Shown here in pieces: positions 11,087 through 19,935 of a stretch of DNA of 64,000 nucleotides. The first letter of the stretch is position 1; every line of letters begins with the position of its first letter. Position numbers and translations under genes: made by a program. Origin of the DNA: Candidatus Woesearchaeota archaeon. GTDB lineage: Archaea > Nanobdellota > Nanobdellia > SCGC-AAA011-G17 > GW2011-AR18. Location of the stretch: the NCBI GenBank assembly GCA_964497265.1, contig CAZCCK010000003.1, positions 2,972 through 66,971 on the forward strand. The letters are read 5' to 3'. Under the pieces are notes generated by a model that made no database searches, was not told where the DNA came from, and was given only the letters and a program-made list of their open reading frames with translations.

Positions 11087-11396
11087 AGATTTTCAAAAGT
11101 TAGATATTCGAATTGCGACAATTAAGTCTGTTGAGGATCATCCTAAAGCAGATAAGTTATATGTGTTAAAATTAGAAGTAGGATCTGAAGAAAGACAAGT
11201 TGTTGCAGGAATTAAAGCTTACTATAGTAAAGAAGAGTTAATTGGAAAACAAGTCGCTTTTATTTATAATTTAAAGCCAGCTATGCTTAGAGGGGTTGAA
11301 AGTCAAGGAATGATTTTAGCGGCAGATGATTCTAAAAACACGGTAGCTTTTCTCACACCTGAAAAGAAAATTGATACTGGTTCTAAAGTAAGATAA
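11070..11396 (+). CDS. Trbp111/EMAP-like tRNA-binding OB-fold domain, normally the C-terminal domain of archaeal MetRS. It is encoded here in the +1 frame, overlapping the metG 3' end
   Basis: (M)EATIEDFQKLDIRIATIKSVEDHPKADKLYVLKLEVGSEERQVVAGIKAYY...LKPAMLRGVESQGMILAA is the typical MetRS-C/Trbp111 signature. The ORF track starts it at TTG 11064; the first ATG is 11070. It overlaps metG (stop at 11084-11086) in a different frame. Confidence 0.7.
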   Translation: MEATIEDFQKLDIRIATIKSVEDHPKADKLYVLKLEVGSEERQVVAGIKAYYSKEELIGKQVAFIYNLKPAMLRGVESQGMILAADDSKNTVAFLTPEKKIDTGSKVR

Positions 11397-11415
11397 AAAG
11401 AAAAAAAGAATGTGC

Positions 11416-11655
11416 TTATTTTTTGCACATCCAGCATCCCATAAAGAATTTTTTAATTCCCATAAGGATGAGTACTATTGCTACTGTAGTGTCAAGTCCT
11501 AATCTTCCTATCCAGAGTAAAACTCCTAAGAGAAGCATTATTAGGCCCCAAACGATGACCCATGAGCCGCAGTGGCATGAACTTCCGCCTGCTCCGCACA
11601 TCATACAGGTATTTTTTCCTGATGACATCATTTTCATGTCCATTCCTTTCTTCAT
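11416..11655 (-). CDS. Small Cys/Met-rich membrane protein with two predicted TM helices, candidate metal-binding
   Basis: MKKGMDMKMMSSGKNTCMMCGAGGSSCHCGS followed by two hydrophobic helices and a C-terminal GCWMCKK. A perfect Shine-Dalgarno (aaaggaggtg) lies 6 nt upstream of the ATG at 11655, with a TATA-like ttataaaaa further upstream. The ORF track used the upstream GTG at 11664. Confidence 0.55.
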   Translation of the reverse strand: MKKGMDMKMMSSGKNTCMMCGAGGSSCHCGSWVIVWGLIMLLLGVLLWIGRLGLDTTVAIVLILMGIKKFFMGCWMCKK

Positions 11656-11770
11656 TAAAGACACCTCCTTTTTATAATTGTGTCAGAGTATTTTCTGAAA
11701 TTTCCTCTTTAAATGCTTTTTGGATAGAGGGGTTGGAATAGAGATTTTAGAAGAGATAAGAATAGAAGAG

Positions 11771-11885
11771 TGGGCCCAAGGAGATTTGAACTCCCGACCT
11801 TTCGATCTCTGCACAGCTGATATCAGTTTCATTTTAAATCCCGAAGGAAATAAACGAATGCTCCACCAGGCTGAGCTATGGGCCC
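11771..11885 (-). tRNA. Intron-containing tRNA (115 nt), isotype unresolved. The acceptor/D/T arms are Ile/Lys-like, but the anticodon arm is non-canonical as read
   Basis: Minus-strand read GGGCCCA UA GCUC AGCCUGGUG GAGC A UUCGU UUAUUU[~41 nt with UUCG and other small hairpins]A UCGAA AGGUC GGGAG UUCAAAU CUCCU UGGGCCC A. Acceptor, D and T arms are clean. The anticodon stem as read has a 31:39 U-U, and the loop does not give a standard anticodon. A TATA-like tttataaaa lies about 25 nt upstream. Confidence 0.55.
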
Positions 11886-12047
11886 GTTAAAAGAACGGCA
11901 ATGTAGAATGTTTATAAAAGTTTCTAGGTTAAGTGGGATCAAAGAAGTGTTAAGATTTTAGAAAGATCAAGTTCATTAATCAAATAAGTGAATATTCTTT
12001 ATAATAAGTTCTAAGAAAGTTTGTGGAAAAGAGAGAAAAGAAAAAAA

Positions 12048-12174
12048 CGCCCTCGGCGGGACTCGAACCTGCGACTTCATGATTTCTGCTCAACTAGTAA
12101 CAGTTTCGCCGTTTCAGTAAAACGCATGCGCTCTACCGGTTGCTCGATCTATAAGATCTCTGAGCTACGAGGGC
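12048..12174 (-). tRNA. tRNA (127 nt) with two insertions: ~19-22 nt in the D-loop and ~34 nt in the anticodon loop. A tentative anticodon UUU (Lys) is not secure
   Basis: Read GCCCUCG UA GCUC AG[AGAUCUUAUAGAUCGAGCA..]GGUA GAGC G CAUGC GUUUUA[intron ...GAGCAGAAAU]A UCAUG AAGUC GCAGG UUCGAGU CCCGC CGAGGGC G. The D-loop insert forms the hairpin GAUC-UUAUA-GAUC. The loop GUUU can pair with AAAU at the intron 3' end. The T-stem has one A-C mismatch and 31:39 is C-U. Confidence 0.55.
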
Positions 12175-12938
12175 AAATTTTTAAGTTCCTCTAATTCTGA
12201 AATAATGAAACTTTGAAGCTCCTTATAAAATTTTCTACAGGCTTTTGGAACAAAAAGAAAAGGTAAAAATCCCATATTTTGATAGTTCGAAAGCTTAGTT
12301 TTTAATCTTAAGAGTTTAGTAGGAGATGGATGTCTCCAAGCAGTAACTTCAATAATCAGATTTTTTATCTTAAAATCGGGAAAATAGACTTTAGAGTTAA
12401 TATTCATATAAGGTTCATATTCTAAATCAGTATATTTTTGAATAAGGAAATTTCCTATTTCTTGTTCCAATTTATTACGAACGAGGATACCGTTAGTTAA
12501 AGGATATGTATATCCCGGTTTTATTTTTTTAAATCGTTCATATTGAGAAAGGTAATATTCTTTAGGAAATTTTTCTTTCATGAATCTATGCCACTCTTTC
12601 ATATAAGAAGAACTATTTTGTTTTAAAAGTTGAAGACTAGCCTGAAAAGTTCCATTTTCTTTTTTGGAGATCACACAATTAAGCCCTCCTTTAACTTTTC
12701 CCCAATTAGGAGAGAGTTTTTCGATAATATAAGGGTTAAAGGAAGAAGAAGGAAGATTTAAAAAATTTGATAGTTTCAATAAGTCAAAATCAGAAATGTT
12801 TACTAATTCTTTTTTATAGCGATAGAGTTTACCTTTAGAGAGGTTTAATAAAAAACAAAGTTTTCTCTCAGATCCGGCTTTAGAAACAGCAAGATAGGCG
12901 AGTTCAGAAAGTTTTCCAGGAATAAGTTTAAGATACAT
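12165..12938 (-). CDS. Hypothetical protein. The C-terminal region has a possible PD-(D/E)xK-like motif (YFPDF...IIEVTAW)
   Basis: ORF track entry. The 3' end overlaps the tRNA at 12048-12174 by about 10 nt. The motif assignment is weak. Confidence 0.4.
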   Translation of the reverse strand: MYLKLIPGKLSELAYLAVSKAGSERKLCFLLNLSKGKLYRYKKELVNISDFDLLKLSNFLNLPSSSFNPYIIEKLSPNWGKVKGGLNCVISKKENGTFQASLQLLKQNSSSYMKEWHRFMKEKFPKEYYLSQYERFKKIKPGYTYPLTNGILVRNKLEQEIGNFLIQKYTDLEYEPYMNINSKVYFPDFKIKNLIIEVTAWRHPSPTKLLRLKTKLSNYQNMGFLPFLFVPKACRKFYKELQSFIISELEELKNLPS

Positions 12939-13007
12939 GATTAATAAATGATTTTAAAATTAATAAAGATGAGGGTAAAAATTCAGAAAATTTTACGGAA
13001 TCTAAAC

Positions 13008-14099
13008 TTAGTCTAAGAAGTCTTTTTTCTTTATTTTATCAGGTAAGTATTTTTCAGAAATGAAACTAATACCTTTGGAGCTTAAGGACTGGATTTCGAC
13101 TTTTGCGTTGTTATCTTTCATCATTTTGAATTGACGTTGCCAATCTTTATTGTCTTTGAACCAGTCGTATTGGCTAACCTGTTTAATGCGAGCGTGATCT
13201 TTTTCATCAAGCTTGATGAAGTATTTTTTCAAGTCGTAATTAATAACATCATCCGTGGTGATTCCAACGTATTTTACTCCCGGAATAGTTAATCTTTCTG
13301 AAGCGTGAGCCAGGGCTATTGAGCCGTATTTAATAACTGAATAAATATAAGCTCCATAAATATCTCCATCACATAAGACATAGATGGGTAGTTTGTGTTC
13401 TTCATAAAGACGTTGTAGTAATCTTCTAATTCCACGAGTAGTTTGTCCTTGGGAGGAGATGATAATGCATTTGTTTTTGAGCCAGAATTTATCTTCGTTA
13501 AGTCTTTCCCAGACTGCTGCTTTTTCCATGTAAAGAACGTATTCTGCGTCTACTTTTTTGAAAGAGAGTTCTTCAACGTTAGACGGAATTGACCAGCCGC
13601 CTGATCCGAGTTTGCTCCAATCGATAGTATCTCCTTTATCTTCAATAACAACTTTGCCTGCGACGCTTCCGTTTTTGTTTGCGTTGACGTGGAGGTTTTC
13701 ACGAGATAAGTCGGTAATAACTTCTAGGTCTTCAATAGCATGGTCAGTTTCAGTTTGATCATCTACTAAGTTAATATTCGTTCCTGGGATCGTCCTCTTA
13801 GTCATGTAGAAGACATCTCTTAAGCTTGAGTGTTTTCCGGATTCGAGAAGTTCTCGTTTGATGATGCTTGCGACTTCGACAGTTTGTAAGAATCTTTTTG
13901 CGTGTGCAACATTAAAGAAGCTTCGTGTTCCTACTTTTTTGCCTAATTTGAGGGTTCTCGATTTTGAGTCGAAGATGATATTGCTTAGATTACGTAAGGG
14001 AAATTCTATTTCTGGGTTTTTTCCTTTTTTAAGTTGGTCTACAAGTCTCTCTCCAAATTGTTTCAATGATCTTTTCTGATCCACTTTAGGACTACTCAT
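13008..14099 (-). CDS. top6A: DNA topoisomerase VI subunit A (Spo11-like)
   Basis: A catalytic Tyr context ([11 protein letters not shown]) and a TOPRIM DxD ([12 protein letters not shown]). It overlaps top6B by 8 nt, consistent with an operon. Confidence 0.85.
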   Translation of the reverse strand: MSSPKVDQKRSLKQFGERLVDQLKKGKNPEIEFPLRNLSNIIFDSKSRTLKLGKKVGTRSFFNVAHAKRFLQTVEVASIIKRELLESGKHSSLRDVFYMTKRTIPGTNINLVDDQTETDHAIEDLEVITDLSRENLHVNANKNGSVAGKVVIEDKGDTIDWSKLGSGGWSIPSNVEELSFKKVDAEYVLYMEKAAVWERLNEDKFWLKNKCIIISSQGQTTRGIRRLLQRLYEEHKLPIYVLCDGDIYGAYIYSVIKYGSIALAHASERLTIPGVKYVGITTDDVINYDLKKYFIKLDEKDHARIKQVSQYDWFKDNKDWQRQFKMMKDNNAKVEIQSLSSKGISFISEKYLPDKIKKKDFLD

Positions 14100-15738
14100 C
14101 TTTTACCTCTTCTAAAGTTTGTTGTTTTTCCCCAAAAGCAACATTTTCTCCTTTGATTTCAGTTTGTTCTGCTTTTTCTACGCCAGCTAAGAGGGCTTTA
14201 AGTCCCTTTTGTAAAACTTTTCCTAAAGCTTCCTGAATTGTTTCCTTTTTCTCGCCACTTAAATTGCTTAAAGAAGCTGCTAATTCTGGAATGTATTTTT
14301 CAAAGAGGTTAACTCTTTCTTGTTGTTCGCGTGCTTTAACTGTTTTTCTGATGTAAGAAGCCATTTGTCTGCCTGCTTCTTGTAAAGCAAGTTTCATTTG
14401 TTGGATAATTTCTGGATAGTGTGCGATTGCTTCTTTTGCTTCTGAGGTAAAAGGTACCCAGACGCTGACCATGTGAATGACAATAACTACAGGTCCTACT
14501 GGCAAGCTTTCTTTGCTTTGGCTTAGACCGTAATTTTTCCAAGCAGTGTCAACGATGCTTTCTGAGGTTGCGCATGCTCCTTGTTGGTAGAGTAAAGGAA
14601 CTCTGTTTGCGTATCTCATAATTCGGATAGGTTCTTCTTTAGATAAACTTCCCCCATAAGCGATTCCTACTTCGATAGTAAAGGGCATTCCTCTGTAAAC
14701 AGTAGGAGGTCTTGTGACTGCACAATAAAATTCTGCGTCTATTTCTTTTTTAAGACCTTTAATTAAAGCATCTTCTTTTAAAGGGTTTAAGCAGTCTGTA
14801 GGTGGAGCGATGATTTTTGTGTTTTGGATTGCTGTGTAGAGGGCTTCTGCTTCGTCTCTGGCAATGGTAGATGGTCTTGCTCGAGAATTGATTTTTGCTT
14901 TATCACAGATTTCTTGTGCGATTGAAGCGCTAACTCTAGAAAAATCAGTTTGTAAGAAGGAAGAAACACTACCCGCGGAAGTAGAGTGCATCATTCTGAT
15001 GAGAACACCTAATTCTACTCCATAAGGATGGGGTTTGATTTCTTTTGCCTCTGCTGGAAGTTCTTGCATTGCGCGAACGTAGTTTACTGTTTCTTTTTCT
15101 GGAGTGCGATAGGAGATTTGCGCGTGAGGATTAATAAGAGCGATTTCACGTAAGTATTCATCTACACTTTGTTTTCCTTTTTGATAGGTTCCTTGGAGTT
15201 CTATTTCTATGCGTGTTCCTTGAGCTTTATTCCATTCAACTATTTTATCTTGTTTGATTAAAGGTTCGTTGTGTTGAGTGTCAATGTGGATTTCGTAGTA
15301 GTGTGCGGGATGTTTTTCTCCGATTTTGGAGGTGACGAGCATTCCTTTTCCAGTTGTTAGTTGACCATAGAGTAAAACTGCGCTAATTCCTATTCCTTGT
15401 TGTCCTCTGCTGCAGCGTAGTCTGTGGAATTTGCTTCCGTAAAGGAGTTTTCCGAAAATTTTTGGAATTTGTTCTTTGACAATTCCAGGACCATTATCTT
15501 CAATAACGACTTTGAATCGATCTTCTTTGATTTGGTGGAGTTCAACGATAATATCAGGCATGATTCTTGCTTCTTCACAGGCATCTAGAGAGTTATCTAC
15601 TGCTTCTTTGACAGCCATTAAGAGAGCCTTTCTCGGATTATCAAAACCTAGAAGGTGACGATTTTTAGCGAAGAATTCTGAAACTGAGATTTCTCGCTGT
15701 TTCTCAGCCATTTCATGTGCTTTTGTTTTTTCGCTCAT
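14092..15738 (-). CDS. top6B: DNA topoisomerase VI subunit B (GHKL ATPase)
   Basis: A Bergerat-fold N-box ([13 protein letters not shown]), G-box motifs, and the transducer domain. The ATG is at 15738. Confidence 0.85.
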   Translation of the reverse strand: MSEKTKAHEMAEKQREISVSEFFAKNRHLLGFDNPRKALLMAVKEAVDNSLDACEEARIMPDIIVELHQIKEDRFKVVIEDNGPGIVKEQIPKIFGKLLYGSKFHRLRCSRGQQGIGISAVLLYGQLTTGKGMLVTSKIGEKHPAHYYEIHIDTQHNEPLIKQDKIVEWNKAQGTRIEIELQGTYQKGKQSVDEYLREIALINPHAQISYRTPEKETVNYVRAMQELPAEAKEIKPHPYGVELGVLIRMMHSTSAGSVSSFLQTDFSRVSASIAQEICDKAKINSRARPSTIARDEAEALYTAIQNTKIIAPPTDCLNPLKEDALIKGLKKEIDAEFYCAVTRPPTVYRGMPFTIEVGIAYGGSLSKEEPIRIMRYANRVPLLYQQGACATSESIVDTAWKNYGLSQSKESLPVGPVVIVIHMVSVWVPFTSEAKEAIAHYPEIIQQMKLALQEAGRQMASYIRKTVKAREQQERVNLFEKYIPELAASLSNLSGEKKETIQEALGKVLQKGLKALLAGVEKAEQTEIKGENVAFGEKQQTLEEVKDE

Positions 15739-15783
15739 TTTTTTAGTGGAATTTTTATTGAGATATATAAATCTTTCTTAGAA

Positions 15784-16314
15784 TTAGAAACGTGTTCTCA
15801 AGTCTTTAGTTTGTTTTTCTAACCAAGCGTAAACAGTGGAATGTCTACTTCCAGAGAGAAGGGACTCTAGTGCTTTTCTAGCCAGAGAAACTGTTTGGTA
15901 AGGGCCGACAATGGTAATCGTTTTTCCGTAGACCGAGATGTGTGTACCAGTTAATTCTTCGATGTAGGCTCTTGATTTTCCTTCTGTTCCGATTGCTCGT
16001 CCTCGTACAACGATAAGTCTTTTTTTAGAATTGTTGGTAAAATCAGTCATGTCTATGCTTTCTAAAACAACATCGTCTTCTAAAAGGTCGAGTGCTTTGT
16101 CTGGATTAATGCCGCGACCGATTGCTTTAACAACGTTTTGTGCGGTTAAAAGTTTAAGACTGTCTTCTCCTGTGATTTCAACGTCTCCTTCTTGAGAATC
16201 AATGTTCATTTTTACTTCTAGCTTTTTCTCTATCTTTTTTCTTGTAGCTCCTTTTGGACCTATAAGAACAGCTATCCTATCTTTAGGAATTTTTGTTTCA
16301 TAGACAAAGTTCAT
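15784..16314 (-). CDS. KH-domain RNA-binding protein (archaeal Dim2/Pno1-like), co-operonic with the Rio kinase
   Basis: Two KH-like segments (IAVLIGPKGATRKKIE ... LIVVRGRAIGTEGKSRAYIEELTG). The conserved rio-dim2 gene pairing is known from archaea. Confidence 0.6.
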   Translation of the reverse strand: MNFVYETKIPKDRIAVLIGPKGATRKKIEKKLEVKMNIDSQEGDVEITGEDSLKLLTAQNVVKAIGRGINPDKALDLLEDDVVLESIDMTDFTNNSKKRLIVVRGRAIGTEGKSRAYIEELTGTHISVYGKTITIVGPYQTVSLARKALESLLSGSRHSTVYAWLEKQTKDLRTRF

Positions 16315-17009
16315 GTTTGGATTTTTTTTAAGACTCCTTCAACACTGAGTTTTAATCCCTTTTTGGTAAAGTAGTGAACAATTGTTTGAATGTCTCTTTT
16401 TAAAAGTTCTTGAGCGTTTGGATGTTGTAAGGTAGTAGCGTGACTCAAGTCAATGAGGACCGGTTTTTCTTGATAGTTTAAAATGTTGTATTCGCTTAAG
16501 TCGCCATGGACAAGTTTTGCTTTGTAAAGATTTTTTAAAGAACTTATAAGGTTTGCGCTAAATTGTTTCAGGTTTAAAGGAGTTTGTTCTTTAAGTTTAT
16601 TTGCGGCAATTCCATTATCTCCAATAAGTTCCATTACTAAAACATTTCCAAAGAAAGCGTGCGGTGCAGGTACTCTTACGTCTGCCTTTCGAGCAGTAAG
16701 TAAGTTTCTATATTCTCTTTTTGCCCAGGCTGCGATGACTTTTCTTCGTTGTTTTTGTATTCCTTCAAAACGGGAGTCTCCAGCGATGTAAGTGTACATT
16801 CTTCTAAAATCGCAAGCGTTCACTCGATAAATTTTCACAGCAACCCAATCCGTTCCTTTTTTAGCGTTAAAAACGTTGCTTTCTTTTCCAACAGAGATAG
16901 GGCTTACAAGTTCATCAAAATAGCCTTGGCTGCTTAGTTTAAATAAAATTCTTAATGTGCTTTCGTCAAAGACGTTTTCAAGAGGTTTGAATCTTTCTTT
17001 TCCAGACAT
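16311..17009 (-). CDS. rio1: RIO-type serine protein kinase (Rio1-like; no N-terminal wHTH)
   Basis: The nucleotide-binding lysine region (VAVKIYR), a catalytic loop (LVHGDLSEYNIL) and a metal-binding (IDLSHA) segment. Confidence 0.8.
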   Translation of the reverse strand: MSGKERFKPLENVFDESTLRILFKLSSQGYFDELVSPISVGKESNVFNAKKGTDWVAVKIYRVNACDFRRMYTYIAGDSRFEGIQKQRRKVIAAWAKREYRNLLTARKADVRVPAPHAFFGNVLVMELIGDNGIAANKLKEQTPLNLKQFSANLISSLKNLYKAKLVHGDLSEYNILNYQEKPVLIDLSHATTLQHPNAQELLKRDIQTIVHYFTKKGLKLSVEGVLKKIQT

Positions 17010-17059
17010 ACATTTTTTTAGTTAGAAATCTTAATAAGGGTTTAGTTTATGTTAAGGGG

Positions 17060-17596
17060 ATGATTATAGCGGATTTAGAAATGAGTGGTTTAGATGTGGA
17101 AAAGCATAGTATCTTAAGTATTGGTGCGCTAGATTTTGAAAATCCAAACAATACGTTTTATGGGGAATGTCGATTAAGAGAAGGAACTTCTTTTGAGTAT
17201 GAAGCGTTGAAAGTAAATGGGTTTAGTGTAGAACACATTCAAACGTATGAAAGGTCTTGTCAAGAGTTAGTAAAATCGTTTTATGAGTGGACGTTAAAGA
17301 TTAAAGATAGAACATTAGCAGGTCAAAATCCTGGAATGATGGATATCCCTTTTTTAAAGAAAGCATTCGAATTATACCATTTACCTTGGATTTTTGGTCA
17401 TAGAAGTGTGGATAGTCATGCTTTAGCGTATGCGTATTTTAGAAGGAAAAATGTGGAGATTCCCCTTAAAGAAGGAACGAGTGCTTTAGGTTTGAAATAC
17501 TTAATGGAATATTTTAGTTTAGGAGAAAGAGATGTTCATAATGCGTTAGAAGACGCAAAGATTACAGCAGAATTGATAAGAAGAGTATTAGTTTAG
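17060..17596 (+). CDS. DEDDh-family 3'-5' exonuclease (DnaQ/RNase T-like)
   Basis: Exo I motif ADLEMSGLD and Exo III motif HNALEDAKITAELI. Confidence 0.65.
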   Translation: MIIADLEMSGLDVEKHSILSIGALDFENPNNTFYGECRLREGTSFEYEALKVNGFSVEHIQTYERSCQELVKSFYEWTLKIKDRTLAGQNPGMMDIPFLKKAFELYHLPWIFGHRSVDSHALAYAYFRRKNVEIPLKEGTSALGLKYLMEYFSLGERDVHNALEDAKITAELIRRVLV

Positions 17597-17692
17597 AATA
17601 GGTTATTAGAACGATTTTAATCAAGAAAAGTTAATTGAATAAAACTAAGTTAATTTAGTAAAATCTATATAGCTATTTCTCTTTGAAAAGGT

Positions 17693-18019
17693 ATGGCGAT
17701 AATTGAAGTAGAAACAATAAGAATCGGAGAAGCCATAGGATTAATTATTCCTAAAGAAGTAGCAGCGAAAGAAGGAATAAAAGCTAATGAATCTATAAAA
17801 ATAGAGATTAAGAAAAGACCTACAGTCGCTGAAGTTTTCGGGATGTTGGGAGATAAAAAATTACCAACTGAAGAGATAATTGCTGAAAATAAAAAATTAA
17901 ACCTTTCTTATGTTGATGTAGTCGGCTATATTCTCTCTAAAAGGTTAGGAGTAGGGTTTTTAACGGGAGATGAGGGCTTTAAACATTTGGATAATGTAAT
18001 TTTTATAAAAAAAGATTAG
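17693..18019 (+). CDS. AbrB/MazE-type swapped-hairpin DNA-binding domain protein with a short C-terminal PIN-like remnant
   Basis: N-terminal IRIGEAIGLIIPKEVAAKEGIKANESIKIEI is AbrB/SpoVT-like. The C-terminal VVGYILSKRLGVGFLTGDEGF resembles the last PIN-domain motif. Confidence 0.45.
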   Translation: MAIIEVETIRIGEAIGLIIPKEVAAKEGIKANESIKIEIKKRPTVAEVFGMLGDKKLPTEEIIAENKKLNLSYVDVVGYILSKRLGVGFLTGDEGFKHLDNVIFIKKD

Positions 18020-18348
18020 AATTCTTCAAATTCTTCCAATTCTTTTAAGTGTCCATTTCTCTTGAGCCAATCTACTTGGTTGGGTTTATATTTGTAAATA
18101 ACGTCTCCTTTTTCGTCTCCACCAAGTTCCCAAGGTTCAATTAAAAGAACGTCTCCTTCTCGCACCCAGAGTTTTTTCTTTAAACGCCCAGGTACCCTGC
18201 AGATTCTTGTTTTTCCGTCTAGACAGCGTACGCGCATTCTGCTTCCGCCTAAGCGTTGTTCAAGAATTCCGAAGGTTTCTTTTCCGCGGGGAAGTTTGAC
18301 CCTGAATACTTCTTGTTCTTCAGGATTATGTTGTTGAAAAGGAGGCAT
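18016..18348 (-). CDS. eif1a: Translation initiation factor aIF-1A
   Basis: GGSRMRVRCLDGKTRICRVPGRLKKKLWVREGDVLLIEPW is the S1-like eIF1A signature. Confidence 0.85.
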   Translation of the reverse strand: MPPFQQHNPEEQEVFRVKLPRGKETFGILEQRLGGSRMRVRCLDGKTRICRVPGRLKKKLWVREGDVLLIEPWELGGDEKGDVIYKYKPNQVDWLKRNGHLKELEEFEEF

Positions 18349-18387
18349 AAAGAGGAAAACAAATGGTAAATTTATAAAGGTATGCTT

Positions 18388-18843
18388 TCAATTGAAAACT
18401 GCTTCGCGTTTCCTTACCTCTTTCTTTGTATCCATTTCGCTAAGTCCGAGAAGTCTGAAAATGAGTTCTTTAACTTTTATTGCAGGAGTTCTTTTTAGAT
18501 TGAGGATAATCGTATGAGGCAATTCTTCTTTAAGTTTTGCTTCATCTCCGACTTCATTTAAAAAAAGCATGAGTTCCTCTCTTTTTACTCTAGCACAGTC
18601 TAAAGCATGATCAAAGCTGTAATGATTGTCACTGCTATCGATGATGAGAAGATCCCATGGAGGAAGGGTTTTTCTTTTTCGAGGGTCTAAAAACAGAGCG
18701 TAAGGAGCGTTAATGGTTTTAACATGAAATTTTGCGGAGATTCCTTTGCTAATAGAATCAATGAGATTGTTTTCTGCGATCGTTTGATATAAACCAAGAG
18801 AACGCGTAGAAGGACCAACATAAACAATGATTTTTGAACGCAT
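18388..18843 (-). CDS. Hypothetical protein
   Basis: ORF track entry; no recognisable motif. Confidence 0.4.
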   Translation of the reverse strand: MRSKIIVYVGPSTRSLGLYQTIAENNLIDSISKGISAKFHVKTINAPYALFLDPRKRKTLPPWDLLIIDSSDNHYSFDHALDCARVKREELMLFLNEVGDEAKLKEELPHTIILNLKRTPAIKVKELIFRLLGLSEMDTKKEVRKREAVFN

Positions 18844-18874
18844 AAAGAGTTTAGAGAATGAGAGTTTTATAAAG

Positions 18875-19186
18875 TTATTCTTTTAATCTGAATAAGATCG
18901 TTAATCTGTAGAGAAGTTTGCTGGTCATACTATCTTTTGAGTAGAGTGCTCTGGAGATAACGAGTTCGCCTCGAAATTTTCTTTTGAGTTTGTAGCCAAA
19001 AGATTTTGTGAATTCGTTTGAGCTAATGTAAAAGTCAACGCCATTTTTATAATCAACTTGTTTTGAGATAGAAACATCAGGTCTTTTTTTCAATTCTTCA
19101 GAAAGAAAGGTGATTATTTCTTCCTTTACGGGCCGAAGTTGAAGAATTGCTTCGTAATACCCAACGTGTTTTGCTTCGCGTTTCAT
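18875..19186 (-). CDS. Hypothetical protein
   Basis: ORF track entry; basic, with no motif. Confidence 0.4.
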   Translation of the reverse strand: MKREAKHVGYYEAILQLRPVKEEIITFLSEELKKRPDVSISKQVDYKNGVDFYISSNEFTKSFGYKLKRKFRGELVISRALYSKDSMTSKLLYRLTILFRLKE

Positions 19187-19473
19187 AGTTGGAAAAGAAG
19201 AGCGTAAGGGACTTCTTGAATCATCAAAACTGTTTCTTTTTCAATGATACCCGCGTTCAAAGCAAGTTGGATAACTTCTTTTCCAGCAAGGTTAGCGTTC
19301 TTAGCAGTTTCAAGGGCCTTAAGAGCGGAGGCAGCATCAACTTTTTCCCCTTTGTAGAAGCGCTCGTTAATTTCGAGTTTTAGTCCATTCTCGCGAAATG
19401 TTTTTCCTAAAATTTCTTCATCGCAGAGAGCGAGTATTTCTGTTCTTTCTGAAGTGTGTTTTTTGAGGTACAT
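19183..19473 (-). CDS. Hypothetical small protein (DUF424-like) adjacent to aIF2-beta
   Basis: ORF track entry. It overlaps its neighbours by 4 nt, consistent with an operon with aIF2-beta. Confidence 0.4.
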   Translation of the reverse strand: MYLKKHTSERTEILALCDEEILGKTFRENGLKLEINERFYKGEKVDAASALKALETAKNANLAGKEVIQLALNAGIIEKETVLMIQEVPYALLFQL

Positions 19474-19884
19474 TTAAATCGTGGTGGGAATCTGTTTCTG
19501 TGCTCCGCACGCTGCACATTTAAGGTAAGTCAGATCATCTTTTTTAATGATTTGAGTATCTGGTTTTCCGCAGGTAGAACATAAAACATACACGCCTGCG
19601 TATTGTTTTACCTTCTGGTTGATTAAAGCAGAGCTTACTTTTCTTCCTAAGACAAGTCTTGGTCCGTCCAAGTTTCCTGGAGTTGCGAGTTCTTTAAGGA
19701 GGTATTTAAGAAATTGCTGGATGTCTCTTCTGAAAAGATCTACTATCTCTTTAAAGTTAGTAACAACGGTTTTATTTCCCTGGATAAATCCTTTAACATT
19801 GGGAATTTCAAAACGTTCTGTTCTTGTTACTGTTTCGGGAAGTTGCTTTATCCCTTCTTCAAGCATTTCTTCGTAAGTTTTCAT
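19474..19884 (-). CDS. eif2b: Translation initiation factor aIF-2 beta subunit
   Basis: The conserved N-terminal core and a C4 zinc ribbon (CSTCGKPDT...LKCAACGA). Confidence 0.85.
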   Translation of the reverse strand: MKTYEEMLEEGIKQLPETVTRTERFEIPNVKGFIQGNKTVVTNFKEIVDLFRRDIQQFLKYLLKELATPGNLDGPRLVLGRKVSSALINQKVKQYAGVYVLCSTCGKPDTQIIKKDDLTYLKCAACGAQKQIPTTI

Positions 19885-19935
19885 AGAAAAAAATATTGTA
19901 AGAATTTATTTAAAGGTTTGCTTTAAGAAAATCCC

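Noticed and set aside
11423-11677. 84-aa plus-strand ORF
   Set aside because: It is antisense to the Cys/Met-rich membrane protein gene. Only that gene has a strong SD and TATA, and its product is compositionally coherent
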